Origin: an uncultured Gemmatimonadales bacterium
GTDB taxonomy: Bacteria; Gemmatimonadota; Gemmatimonadetes; Gemmatimonadales; Gemmatimonadaceae
Reading direction: 5' to 3'
Length of the DNA stretch: 64,000 nt
NCBI GenBank assembly: GCA_963701965.1
Contig: OY969695.1
Location: 3,520,001-3,584,000 of the forward strand
This document shows, in pieces, positions 1 to 9,554 of this stretch. The notes under the pieces were generated by a model, which saw nothing but the letters and a program-made list of their open reading frames with translations, did not search any database and was not told the origin of the DNA. The position numbers and the translations under genes were made by a program. Within the stretch, counting starts at the first letter, position 1; each line of letters opens with the position of its first letter.

Positions 1-280
1 CGCCGGCTCCGCCGAGGTGGTGCAGTACCGCGGGAATATCCTCACGCTGTTGCGGCTCTCCACCCTACTCGGCGTCCGCAGTGAAGAGCAGCTCGATCAA
101 CCGCTCCAGGTCGTGGTCTACGCCGGCCACGGGCGGCCGTTCGGGCTCGTCGTGGATGGCATCGTCGACATCGTCGAAGAAGTGGTCACCGTCCACGAAC
201 ATGGCCGCGCCGTGATTCAGGAGCGGGTGACGGAGCTCATCGACGTGGAGCGTCTGGTCCGCGCGGCGGAGGCGGCATGA
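1..280 (+). CDS. cheA: C-terminal CheW-like domain, probably the end of CheA (5' truncated by window)
   Basis: VVQYRG..LL.L and FGLVVDGIVDIVEE CheW-fold motifs; stop overlaps cheW ATG; gene order fits cheA. Confidence 0.7.
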   Translation, partial: AGSAEVVQYRGNILTLLRLSTLLGVRSEEQLDQPLQVVVYAGHGRPFGLVVDGIVDIVEEVVTVHEHGRAVIQERVTELIDVERLVRAAEAA

Positions 281-690
281 GCCAGTACTGCACGTTTTTC
301 GTCGACGGTCTCTTCTTCGGCGTCAATGTATCCCGGGTGCAGGAAGTGATCCGGTACCAACGGGTCACGCGCGTACCATTGGCCCCGGCCATCGTCGAAG
401 GCTTGATCAACCTCCGCGGCCAGATCGTGACCGCGGTCGATCTCCGGCGGCGCTTGGCGCGGCCGGCGCGCGAAGCCGGGGCGCTCCCCACCAACGTGAT
501 CGTGCGCGTCGACGACGGCACGGTCAGCTTTTTGGTCGATGAGATCGGCAATGTCGTCGAAGTCGACGCCTCCACGTTCCAACCGCCGCCCGAGACTTTG
601 CCGGATGTCGCGCGCGAGTTGATTCCGGGCACTCACACCCTGCCGGATCGTCTGTTGCTGATTCTGGAACCGGAACAGGTCGTTCGCTGA
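277..690 (+). CDS. cheW: Chemotaxis coupling protein CheW
   Basis: VQEVIR, TRVPLAP, GLINLRGQIVTAVDLRRRL motifs. Confidence 0.95.
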   Translation: MSQYCTFFVDGLFFGVNVSRVQEVIRYQRVTRVPLAPAIVEGLINLRGQIVTAVDLRRRLARPAREAGALPTNVIVRVDDGTVSFLVDEIGNVVEVDASTFQPPPETLPDVARELIPGTHTLPDRLLLILEPEQVVR

Positions 691-1061
691 TGCGCGCGCT
701 CATTGTCGACGACTCCCGCACGATTCGCGTGGTCGTCGGTCGCATCATGCAAGAGCTCGGCTTCGAAGTCATGGAAGCCGCCAACGGACAAGAGGCGCTC
801 GATCTGCTGGCCGCGAATCGGGCGCCGGACGTCGTGCTGGCCGACTGGAACATGCCCGTCGTGAACGGCTACGAGTTGCTGTGCCGGTTGCGCGCGGATG
901 CCCGGTGGCGAACGCTGCCGATCGTCATGGTGACGACCGAGACCGACATGCACATGATGGTTCGCGCGCTCGAGGCGGGCGCCAACGAGTACATCATGAA
1001 GCCCTTCACGCAAGACGTCATCCGCGAGAAGCTCGACCTGCTGCAGCTCTCGCCGTCGTAG
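690..1061 (+). CDS. cheY: Chemotaxis response regulator CheY (single receiver)
   Basis: ALIVDDS, DWNMP, MVTT, KPF receiver motifs; inside che operon. Confidence 0.92.
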   Translation: MRALIVDDSRTIRVVVGRIMQELGFEVMEAANGQEALDLLAANRAPDVVLADWNMPVVNGYELLCRLRADARWRTLPIVMVTTETDMHMMVRALEAGANEYIMKPFTQDVIREKLDLLQLSPS

Positions 1062-1068
1062 GATCCCG

Positions 1069-2124
1069 GTGTCCCGCATCCGGGTCCTCGTCGTCGACAA
1101 TGCGGTCGTCGTCCGCCGCATGCTGTCCGACGTGCTCGGCGCCGACGAGGCGATCGAGGTCGTGGGCGTGGCGGCCAACGGGCACATCGCGCTCCTCAAG
1201 ATTCCGCATGTGGCGCCCGATTTGGTCGTGCTCGACGTCGAGATGCCGGAGTTGGACGGCCTGGCCACGCTGACGGAGATCCGGAAGACGCAGCCGCGGC
1301 TGCCGATCGTGATGTTCAGCACCACGACTGAGCGCGGCGCGGTGGCCACGCTGGACGCGCTGGCCCGTGGCGCCACGGACTATGTCACGAAGCCGAGCTA
1401 CACAGGGAGCGCCGCCGAGGCCCAGCAGCGCATCCGCGAACAGCTCATTCCGAAGATCAAGGCCCTGTGCGGGCGATCGACGGTCGCGCGCCCCGGGCCG
1501 GAGCGGCCGCCGCCCCTCCGGCCCGCGCGCTCACTGGGCGGCCCGGTCGACGTGGTGGCCATCGGCGTCTCGACCGGGGGACCCAACGCGCTGGCGCAGA
1601 TCATTCCGGCGCTCACGGCGGACATTCCAGTGCCGATCCTGATCGTGCAGCACATGCCGCCAATGTTCACGGCGCTCCTCGCCGAACGGCTCGCGGCGCA
1701 GGCGGCGATCCCGGTGGTCGAAGCCGTGGACGGGATACCGGTGGATCCGGGTTGTGCCTACATCGCGCCGGGCGACTATCACCTGCTGGTGGAGCGTACG
1801 GCGGCGGGCGTGGTGCTCCGGACGCAGCAGGGGGCCCCGGAGAATTCCTGTCGCCCCTCGGTCGATGTCCTGTTCCGCTCCTGCGCCGCGGTTTGGGGGA
1901 ACGCGGTCCTGGGCGTCGTCCTCACCGGCATGGGCCAGGATGGGGTGCGGGGGTCCCAGGCCATCGTCGAGGCCGGGGGCCGCGTAGTGGCTCAGGACGA
2001 AGCGACCTCGGTCGTGTGGGGGATGCCAGGATTCGTCGCCGCGGCGGGGTTGGCCGAGGCGATCCTCCCGCTGCCGCAGATCGCCGCCGATATCACCCGT
2101 CGGGCACTCGCGCTATGGCGGTAA
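1069..2124 (+). CDS. cheB: Chemotaxis methylesterase CheB
   Basis: Receiver plus methylesterase motifs GVSTGGP, QHMP, LTGMGQDG. Confidence 0.96.
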   Translation: MSRIRVLVVDNAVVVRRMLSDVLGADEAIEVVGVAANGHIALLKIPHVAPDLVVLDVEMPELDGLATLTEIRKTQPRLPIVMFSTTTERGAVATLDALARGATDYVTKPSYTGSAAEAQQRIREQLIPKIKALCGRSTVARPGPERPPPLRPARSLGGPVDVVAIGVSTGGPNALAQIIPALTADIPVPILIVQHMPPMFTALLAERLAAQAAIPVVEAVDGIPVDPGCAYIAPGDYHLLVERTAAGVVLRTQQGAPENSCRPSVDVLFRSCAAVWGNAVLGVVLTGMGQDGVRGSQAIVEAGGRVVAQDEATSVVWGMPGFVAAAGLAEAILPLPQIAADITRRALALWR

Positions 2125-2984
2125 CCAGTCTCGAATTTGCCTTCGTGCGCGATCTCATGCGCGAGCGCGCGGGGGTCGTGCTCGAGCCGGGCAAGGAGTA
2201 TCTGATCGAGTCGCGGCTGGCGTCGGTCGCCCGCAGCGAGGGCTTCGCGTCGCTGCAGGAGTTGATCAGTCGTCTCCGGTCGCGCCCCACCGACCAACTC
2301 CGCCTGCGGGTCGTCGAGGCGATGGTCACGAACGAGACAAGCTTCTTCCGCGACCTGCACCCGTTCGAGGCGCTCCGGACGACGGTCATCCCCGAGCTCA
2401 AGCGCCGCCGCGCCGCCGACCGGCGGCTCGTCGTGTGGTCGGCGGCGGCGTCGACGGGACAGGAGCCGTACAGCATCGCCATGATTCTCGCGGACCTGGG
2501 GCTCCGCGAGGCAGGATGGACGGTCGACGTCCTCGCGACCGATCTCTCGACCGAAGTGTTGGCCCGCGCCGCAACCGGCGTGTTCACGCAGCTGGAGGTG
2601 AACCGCGGGCTGCCGGCGTCATTGCTGGTGAAGTACTTCACCAAGGAAGGGGGCGCCACCTGGCGTATCGCCAGTGCTGTGCGCGATATGGTCCAATTCT
2701 CCGCGCTCAATCTCGCGGGCCCGTGGCCGTCGCTCCGCGTCCCCGACATCGTCTTCATGCGCAACGTCCTGATCTACTTCGAGACGGAGACGAAGCGCGA
2801 CATTCTGGGACGGGTGCGCCGGCTCATGCGGCCCGACGGGTATCTCTTCCTGGGCGGCGCCGAGACGACCCTCAATCTCGACGACGGCTACGATCGGGAG
2901 CCGATCGGCAAGACGGCGTGCTACCGTCCGCGTCCTAAAGGCGAAGCAGGACATCCCGCAATGCGCGCGCCCGGGACCGGCTGA
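2115..2984 (+). CDS. cheR: Chemotaxis methyltransferase CheR
   Basis: TNETSFFRD, WSAAASTGQEPYS, RNVLIYF; ATG at 2115 overlaps end of cheB. Confidence 0.95.
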   Translation: MAVTSLEFAFVRDLMRERAGVVLEPGKEYLIESRLASVARSEGFASLQELISRLRSRPTDQLRLRVVEAMVTNETSFFRDLHPFEALRTTVIPELKRRRAADRRLVVWSAAASTGQEPYSIAMILADLGLREAGWTVDVLATDLSTEVLARAATGVFTQLEVNRGLPASLLVKYFTKEGGATWRIASAVRDMVQFSALNLAGPWPSLRVPDIVFMRNVLIYFETETKRDILGRVRRLMRPDGYLFLGGAETTLNLDDGYDREPIGKTACYRPRPKGEAGHPAMRAPGTG

Positions 2985-3711
2985 CCGGGATCTGCTGGCG
3001 GTTGGCCAGCGTCACCACGTACGTCCCGCCGGGCATCGGACTGACCCGCTGCACGACGTCGAGATTGACGATGGCGCCGCGGGAGAGCCGGATGAACCGG
3101 GTGGGGTCGAGCCGCGCTTCGAGATCTTTGAGCCGATAGCTGATCGTGTGGCGCTCGCCGTTGGCGGCGGTCAGGTGCAACAGCTCGCCATCGGCGACGA
3201 TCGACACGATCTGGTCGACGGCCAGAATGATGGTGTCTTCGCGGCGCCGGACGGGGATGCGACGCAGATATTCGCCGCGGGGCGCGCCCCGGTCGTAGGC
3301 GATGACGGCTTCGCGCAAACGGTCGGCCTGCACCGTCTGGTACTCGGTCTCCTCCATCCGCTGCCGGGCCCGCGCCAGCGTCAGCGCGAGGCGCGCGGGC
3401 TCGACGGGCTTGAGGAGATAGTCAATGGCGCTCAGCTCGAAGGCTTGCACCGCGTACTCGTCGTACGCGGTCACGAACGCCACGAGGGGCATCCAATGCG
3501 GGTCAATGAGGCGCACGACGGCGATGCCGTCGACCTCCGGCATCTGGAGATCGAGCAGCGCCAGATCCGGCCGCAAGCGCTCGATCGCCGCCACGGCCTC
3601 GGCGCCGCCGGCGGCTTCGCCGACGAGCTCCACGTTCCCCAACGACCGCAGCGTGTTGGCGAGGAACGCGCGGGCGGGCCGCTCATCGTCAGCGATCAGG
3701 ACGCGCAGCAC
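2935..3711 (-). CDS. LytTR-family response regulator
   Basis: Receiver (IADDE, LDLQMP, FVTAYDEYAVQAFE, LLKP) plus LytTR domain (LEARLDPTRFIRLSRGAIVN). Confidence 0.95.
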   Translation of the reverse strand: MLRVLIADDERPARAFLANTLRSLGNVELVGEAAGGAEAVAAIERLRPDLALLDLQMPEVDGIAVVRLIDPHWMPLVAFVTAYDEYAVQAFELSAIDYLLKPVEPARLALTLARARQRMEETEYQTVQADRLREAVIAYDRGAPRGEYLRRIPVRRREDTIILAVDQIVSIVADGELLHLTAANGERHTISYRLKDLEARLDPTRFIRLSRGAIVNLDVVQRVSPMPGGTYVVTLANRQQIPVSRSRARALRDVLLRL

Positions 3712-3716
3712 GGCGC

Positions 3717-5549
3717 CTATCCGGCCTTACGCCCGGCACGCGCCGGATCGGCCGGCATCCGGATCTCGACGGTCGTGCCGACGTCGGGCGCGCTCCGGAC
3801 GGCGAGCGTCGCGATATCGCCGTAGTAGTGGCGAAGCCGCGACTCGACGTTGCTCAGCCCAATGCCCCGCGCCCGGCGCCGAGACAGGTCGTCGGGCGAG
3901 ACGCCCACACCCGTGTCGACCACGGTCACGACCAGCATCTCCACGGGTTTCGCGCGATCGATACGCGCCGATATCACCAACCGCCCGCCATCCTTGCGCG
4001 GCGTGATGCCGTGTTTGACGGCGTTTTCCACCAGCGGCTGCACCAGCAACGGCGGCAGTTGCGCCGCGGTCAACGCATCGGGCACATCGATCGTCACCGA
4101 AAGGCGCTCCTCGAATCGCGCGCCTTCGATCGCCAGGTACGACCGAATGATCTCCAGCTCGTCGCCCAGCGTCGCCAGCTCGCCGTCCGAGCGCCGGAGC
4201 ACGGCGCGCAAGAGACCCGTGAGACGAAACAGCGTCTCCATGGCCCGCTGCGGCGCGGTCTCCATGAGGTAGCCGATGGTCGTCAGCGCGTTGAACAGAA
4301 AATGGGGATTGAGCTGGGCCCGGAGCGCCGTGAGCTGGGCCTCGGTGGCCAGCTGCAGGATCTCGCGCTCCCGCAGGTCCCGTCCGTAGCGTTCGCGGGC
4401 GACGCGCACGGCGTCGATGCGCCGCGCGGCGAGGAGCCCAATGCCCTCGAGCATGGCGGTGTCGTCCGACAGGAGCCGCCGGCCGCCGGAGAGTCCCCCC
4501 ACGATAATCGCGTACGTGGGCGCGTCGGAGGTCGGCACGCTCGCGTCCGCCGATGCCCCGCCATCGGCCACGCGCCAGGTCACGTGTTTGGCCGACAGCG
4601 TCGATTGGAGGGCGTCGCAGATGGCGTCGAGAATGGCCGATTCGGCGTCGAGGGCCGCGATGCGCGTGGCGATCGCCTCGCGCAACTGACGATAATCGCC
4701 ACGCCGCAGGATCAACCGGTCGACGACGCCATGAATCCCCCGCCGGAGTCGTGGGTACGCCAGCGCCGTCGCCACCCACAGGGCGACGAACACCGCCGCC
4801 GAATCGGGTGAATAGGGTGCGGGGACCAGCCGGTAGAGGCCAAGAGCCAACAGCAGCAGCGCGACGAACGTGAGCGCGCGTTTGAGAAAGAGGTCGGCCA
4901 GCGCGAACCGATAGTCCTGATAGAGAATGACGAGTGCCAGCGGGAGCGACGCGTGATGGCCGACCAACTCCGTCGCCCAGGAGTCGGCGGCCGCGTGTTG
5001 GCTCAGGTGCAGCGCCATGACGGCGAACGCCGCCAGGGCGACGGCGGACAACGCCCGGCGCCAACCCGGCTGTCGCCGGGCGTACACGATGAGCGCGCCG
5101 ATGAGAATGGCGTAACCGACCGTGAGGGTGACCAGCGCCGCCCGCGACGGCAGTGCGCCGCCGCGTTCGGCATCGAGCAGTTGCAGCGCGCCCGCGATCG
5201 CGCTCAACCCGTACGCGGCCGACACCAGCGCGGCACCGCCCGCGCGCCGCCCGGCCGACTGCACCGCGGAGTGGACGACGACCGCGGGCAGGAATCCCAA
5301 CGCCGTGAAGGCGAGAGCGACGACCCAGGGCCAGGCCCGGGGCAGGGGGGCCGGCAAGCCGAAGTCGTGCAGGCCGTAGATGATGAGGGCCACCGAGTTC
5401 CACAGCAGTCCCAGGATCGCCGTGGCCAATGGGATGCGATCGCCGCCCGCGCGCTCCTGCAGCGTCATGACCGCCAGCATCGCGTAGAGCACCACCCCCG
5501 CGAGGAACCCTACGAGGTGGACGAGGGTGGTGGTGTCGTTTGGCGTCAC
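3717..5549 (-). CDS. LytS-type membrane sensor histidine kinase
   Basis: Multiple N-terminal TM helices; LRAQLNPHFLFNAL H-box, QPLVENAVKHG, DTGVG, GIGLSNV. Confidence 0.94.
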   Translation of the reverse strand: MTPNDTTTLVHLVGFLAGVVLYAMLAVMTLQERAGGDRIPLATAILGLLWNSVALIIYGLHDFGLPAPLPRAWPWVVALAFTALGFLPAVVVHSAVQSAGRRAGGAALVSAAYGLSAIAGALQLLDAERGGALPSRAALVTLTVGYAILIGALIVYARRQPGWRRALSAVALAAFAVMALHLSQHAAADSWATELVGHHASLPLALVILYQDYRFALADLFLKRALTFVALLLLALGLYRLVPAPYSPDSAAVFVALWVATALAYPRLRRGIHGVVDRLILRRGDYRQLREAIATRIAALDAESAILDAICDALQSTLSAKHVTWRVADGGASADASVPTSDAPTYAIIVGGLSGGRRLLSDDTAMLEGIGLLAARRIDAVRVARERYGRDLREREILQLATEAQLTALRAQLNPHFLFNALTTIGYLMETAPQRAMETLFRLTGLLRAVLRRSDGELATLGDELEIIRSYLAIEGARFEERLSVTIDVPDALTAAQLPPLLVQPLVENAVKHGITPRKDGGRLVISARIDRAKPVEMLVVTVVDTGVGVSPDDLSRRRARGIGLSNVESRLRHYYGDIATLAVRSAPDVGTTVEIRMPADPARAGRKAG

Positions 5550-5572
5550 GCGTCGGCTCCCGCCTACATGGG

Positions 5573-7915
5573 CTATATCCCCAACGTCAGGCGAAAGTTA
5601 ACCGCGAACGGACGTCCGATGGACGCGCCGCTGAAGAACGCGCCTTTCAAGATGTACTGGGAGTTGAAGAGATTCGTGAAGAACACTTCCGGGCGGATGT
5701 AGCCGCGCACGGTGAAGAAGGTGTACCCCAGGCTCAGATTCTGGATGTAGCTGGGATGGACCTTGTACTGCGAGTTGAAGCAGAAGAGACACGTCCCGTA
5801 CTGCTTGAAACCGGGTTGGAACGTGCCCTTCGACACGCTGCCGGTATCGTTCGGCACGGTGCCGTCGGGCGTCAGGCCGTTGGTCAAGCCGCTGCCGTAG
5901 ATCCCCGTCGCGCTGGCGTAGAAGCCGTGGGTGCTGTACATGATGTTGGCGACGGCCGAGACGCGCTGGTCGTGATCCAGGTCGAACGTGTAGTTGGGCG
6001 TCGAGATCGGGAAAAATCCGCCGGTGATGGGCCCGCGACCGTAGGCGTGATTGATCGCCAGGTTCACGTAGCCGGAGAACGGTCCATGGGGCTGCCACTC
6101 CAGAGCGTCCTCCACGCCGACCACCTGCACCTCGGCGATGTTCACGTCGGTCGTGATCGCCGATCCAGGCACGGTGTTGTCGTCGATCCCCGGCGTGCTG
6201 ACTTTGTGGTACACCGCCGCCTTGTTGATGAAGCCCAGCGGGAACCGGTGGATGTAGCCGCCTTCATAGAATGCGTCGCGCTCGGGGAGCGTGGGTGTCG
6301 TCGCGACGTTCTGGTCGCCGATCTGCGTGATCGACCGGAGGTCCTCGATGTTCGTGGGGATGAACTGCCGGCCGAAGTACAGGTAGATGGTGTTCGACGC
6401 ATCGGGGAAGAAATTCAACCGGACGCGCGGACTCCACTGGGTCTGGTTGCCGGCGAAGGGCGCGACGTGGCTGTCGAACCGCAAGCCCGCGCGAAGCTCG
6501 AACCACTCCACGGGCTTGAGTGACGTCTGGACGTAGCTGCCGAAGTCGTAGCCGTCGAGGGCCGAGACGGCCTGGATGGTACCCTGCCTGCCGGTGGGGT
6601 CGATGAGCTGGAAGTTCTCATTGCCGGACGTGTGGGAGTAGAGCGTGCCGATCTTGCCGTCCATGATGCCGCTGATGAGCGGGAACGACAGGTCCGTCTT
6701 GACGCCGATCGTATTGAAGCTCCGATTCTCCGACACGTTGCGCGGGGTCTGGGTCGGATCCTCGGCGTCAATGAAGCCCGGAACGTCCTGGCTGCCCGGC
6801 CGGTAGTCCAACGATCCATGGCGGTAGAACGGTCCCACGAACAACTCGGTCGGCGCGCTGCGCTCGTCGGTGCCCACCGAATCCCCGAACCAATGGCGAT
6901 AGCTCAAGTTCACGAACGCGTTCACGTCCGTCTGATGATCGTTCAGGATCGTACCGCCCGTGGAATCGAACGGGACGGCGAAGTTCGTGGTCGAGTAATT
7001 GCCGTCGAGCGACAGGAGGTCGCGGTTGCTCGCCGTGTACTGCAGCTTGCCGAACCCGAAGTAATCCTCGCCGTGGTTATGGAAGTTGATCGGCGAGTTC
7101 TGGGCGTTGCCCATCACGGGCTCGTTCCGCATGTCACTCCCCTGCGCCGTGCCGGAGACGAACGCGCCGAACTTGCCGCTGTTGCCGCTCATCGACAGCG
7201 CCTGGCCCAAGGCGCCGTATGAACCCCCGTACGTCGCTTCCTCGCCGTGGAATCCGCCGGCCGGGACGCGCGTCTGGATGTTGATCACGGCCACGTTCTT
7301 GCCGCCGTACTCCGCATCCCAGGCGCCGGTCTGGAAATCGATGCTCTGCACGACCGCGGGATCGAACAACTCATTGAGCGAGCCGGCCACGCCCGACGGC
7401 ACCGGTACGCCATCGACATAATACTGGTACTCGGCGTGCTGCCCGCGAATGTGCACTTCGCCCGTCGGCGCCCGGGCGGCGCCGGCCATCGCTTGCTGCA
7501 GAATGCCCAATGTCGTCGTGGTCGGGGCCGCGTGGGACTCGTTCTGCGTGTACGACTGGTCGCCGGATCGCGTGTCGATTTCGACGGGAGCCTTGGACGT
7601 GATCTGCACCGACTCCAGCGTCGTCGGCGCCGGCACGAGTCGGAAGTTCACGTGGACCGTGCCCGTCCCGATCGTCACGGGCCGGGACTGCGCGTGGAAC
7701 CCGATGAACCGGGCTTCGATCTGGTAGTCTCCGCCCGGTACATTGTGTATGATGAACCGGCCGAACGCATCGGTCGTCGTGTTGGCTACGACCGTGGTGC
7801 CGCGTTCGATCGCGATTTCGACGGCGGGCAATGGGCCCCCGGACGTGCTGTCGGTGACGGATCCGGCCACGTCACCATTGAGCGCGAGGGCGGCGGCTGC
7901 GATGAAAGTGAGCAT
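5573..7915 (-). CDS. TonB-dependent outer-membrane receptor
   Basis: Signal peptide, carboxypeptidase-regulatory-like N domain, plug (HIRG..YYVDGVP..DAEYG), beta-strand pattern to C-terminus. Confidence 0.9.
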   Translation of the reverse strand: MLTFIAAAALALNGDVAGSVTDSTSGGPLPAVEIAIERGTTVVANTTTDAFGRFIIHNVPGGDYQIEARFIGFHAQSRPVTIGTGTVHVNFRLVPAPTTLESVQITSKAPVEIDTRSGDQSYTQNESHAAPTTTTLGILQQAMAGAARAPTGEVHIRGQHAEYQYYVDGVPVPSGVAGSLNELFDPAVVQSIDFQTGAWDAEYGGKNVAVINIQTRVPAGGFHGEEATYGGSYGALGQALSMSGNSGKFGAFVSGTAQGSDMRNEPVMGNAQNSPINFHNHGEDYFGFGKLQYTASNRDLLSLDGNYSTTNFAVPFDSTGGTILNDHQTDVNAFVNLSYRHWFGDSVGTDERSAPTELFVGPFYRHGSLDYRPGSQDVPGFIDAEDPTQTPRNVSENRSFNTIGVKTDLSFPLISGIMDGKIGTLYSHTSGNENFQLIDPTGRQGTIQAVSALDGYDFGSYVQTSLKPVEWFELRAGLRFDSHVAPFAGNQTQWSPRVRLNFFPDASNTIYLYFGRQFIPTNIEDLRSITQIGDQNVATTPTLPERDAFYEGGYIHRFPLGFINKAAVYHKVSTPGIDDNTVPGSAITTDVNIAEVQVVGVEDALEWQPHGPFSGYVNLAINHAYGRGPITGGFFPISTPNYTFDLDHDQRVSAVANIMYSTHGFYASATGIYGSGLTNGLTPDGTVPNDTGSVSKGTFQPGFKQYGTCLFCFNSQYKVHPSYIQNLSLGYTFFTVRGYIRPEVFFTNLFNSQYILKGAFFSGASIGRPFAVNFRLTLGI

Positions 7916-7960
7916 GTTGACCAGACTATCGGCCGCCCTTCGGGTCGCCCACGAAAATTC

Positions 7961-7990
7961 AACGAATGGAGCGAATCGTCCGGTGAGTGG
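7961..7990 (-). promoter_or_regulatory. Putative LytTR direct-repeat binding site
   Basis: Minus-strand CCACTCACC (7990-7982) and CCATTCGTT (7969-7961), 21 bp apart, upstream of -10-like TAGTCT (7928-7923). Confidence 0.5.
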
Positions 7991-9551
7991 TCGGCGACGG
8001 AACGCCTATGGCGTGCTCGGCTGCTGGTCCCTGGTCACGATCGCCGCCTGCGGGGGCTCGGCCAGTGGTCCGTCCCCCAAGGGATCCTGCACACCGGCCA
8101 CCGTGTCGCTCGCGCCGCTCCACGGCGTGACGCTGGACTGCTCGACCGGCAGCGGTCTGACGCTCGACGGGAATGGCGCCACGTATCTCATCGTGCCGCA
8201 GTTTGCCACCGGCAACGTGGCGTATCAGTTCCAGAATTTCACGCTCAATCGCCGTCAGGCGCTCTTCGACCTGCACTTGAGACGCAAGGGGCAGCGGCTC
8301 GCCGCCGCGGCGGCGTCCATGGGTCCCATGGCGCCGGGTCCAGCGGCGGCCGTGACCGTCGGCAGCACGCGCACGTTCTGGGTATTCGCCGACACCAACG
8401 CCACGACGTACAAACTGGACACCGCCACGCTCCAGTTCGCGGGCGCCAACGTCTACGTGTATGTGGACAATGCGGCGCCGGCCAATGGGTTCAGCCCGAC
8501 CCAACTCCAAACGTTCGGCCAGCTCACCGATCAGGTGCTGTACCAACTCAATGTGACGACATTCGCGGCGCCGACGGACATCGACCACAACGGCCACGTG
8601 ATCATGCTGCTGTCGCCAGCCGTGAACGCGCTCACCCCGGCGAATGACTGCCGGACCGAAGGCTTCGTGGCCGGCTACTTCGACCCCAACGATCTCGCGC
8701 CCGGGAACGCGCACTCCAACCAGGGCGAAGTGTTCTATGGTATAGTGCCCGATCCCGATGGGACCGCGCACAGCTGCGCGCATCTCGTGGCCGATGTCGA
8801 CGGCATCATCCCCGGGACGTTCCTGCACGAGCTGCAACACATGATCAACTACGGCCACCACGTCCTGATCAATGGCGGGAGCGCCGAGGAAGGGTGGCTC
8901 GACGAAGGGATGAGCATCGTCGCCACGGAACTGGGCGCGCGATACTACAACGCCAAGCATCCGCCGGCCAACGGCCGGATTTTCACCGATTCGGCGGTGC
9001 CGTACATCGAGGAGCAGCTCAACGACTCCTACGACTACCTCGCGAATCCCGATACGGCATCCCTGACACTGCACACGGACGCCGACTGTTGCCTGGAGTG
9101 GCGCGGCGGTGACTGGCTCCTGATGCGGTACCTCGGGGATCAAAAGGGAGACCCGGTCTTTCACGCGCTGGAGACGTCCACCGCGACTGGCACGGCAAAC
9201 ATCGCCCAAGCGTCGGGCCTGCCCTTTTCGGTCTTCTTCGGCAACTTCGGTATCGCCGCTTATACCGACAGTATCCCGGGAGTCGCGCGGAGCGCGATCC
9301 CCGCTCCGTATCGCTTTACGTCGTACAACTTGCGTGACCTGTACGCACTCGTTCATAACATCTACCCGCTTCTTCCAGCGACCCTCACCAGCGCGGGCCT
9401 GTCGGGGAAGATCGTGCCGGGCACGAGCGCCTATTATCAGCTGGCGACGCCGGCGGGCTCGGGCTCCGTCTCGCTCACGTTCGGTGGAACGGGCGGCGGG
9501 GTGTTCCCGGCGTCGCTCCATCCGCAGGTCAACGTGTTTCGCCTCGAGTGA
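7983..9551 (+). CDS. Lipoprotein zinc metallopeptidase (M30/neutral-protease-like)
   Basis: Lipobox IAAC; HELQH followed by WLDEG; start chosen at GTG 7983 to avoid overlap with receptor gene (uncertain). Confidence 0.75.
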   Translation: MSGRRRNAYGVLGCWSLVTIAACGGSASGPSPKGSCTPATVSLAPLHGVTLDCSTGSGLTLDGNGATYLIVPQFATGNVAYQFQNFTLNRRQALFDLHLRRKGQRLAAAAASMGPMAPGPAAAVTVGSTRTFWVFADTNATTYKLDTATLQFAGANVYVYVDNAAPANGFSPTQLQTFGQLTDQVLYQLNVTTFAAPTDIDHNGHVIMLLSPAVNALTPANDCRTEGFVAGYFDPNDLAPGNAHSNQGEVFYGIVPDPDGTAHSCAHLVADVDGIIPGTFLHELQHMINYGHHVLINGGSAEEGWLDEGMSIVATELGARYYNAKHPPANGRIFTDSAVPYIEEQLNDSYDYLANPDTASLTLHTDADCCLEWRGGDWLLMRYLGDQKGDPVFHALETSTATGTANIAQASGLPFSVFFGNFGIAAYTDSIPGVARSAIPAPYRFTSYNLRDLYALVHNIYPLLPATLTSAGLSGKIVPGTSAYYQLATPAGSGSVSLTFGGTGGGVFPASLHPQVNVFRLE

Positions 9552-9554
9552 CGG

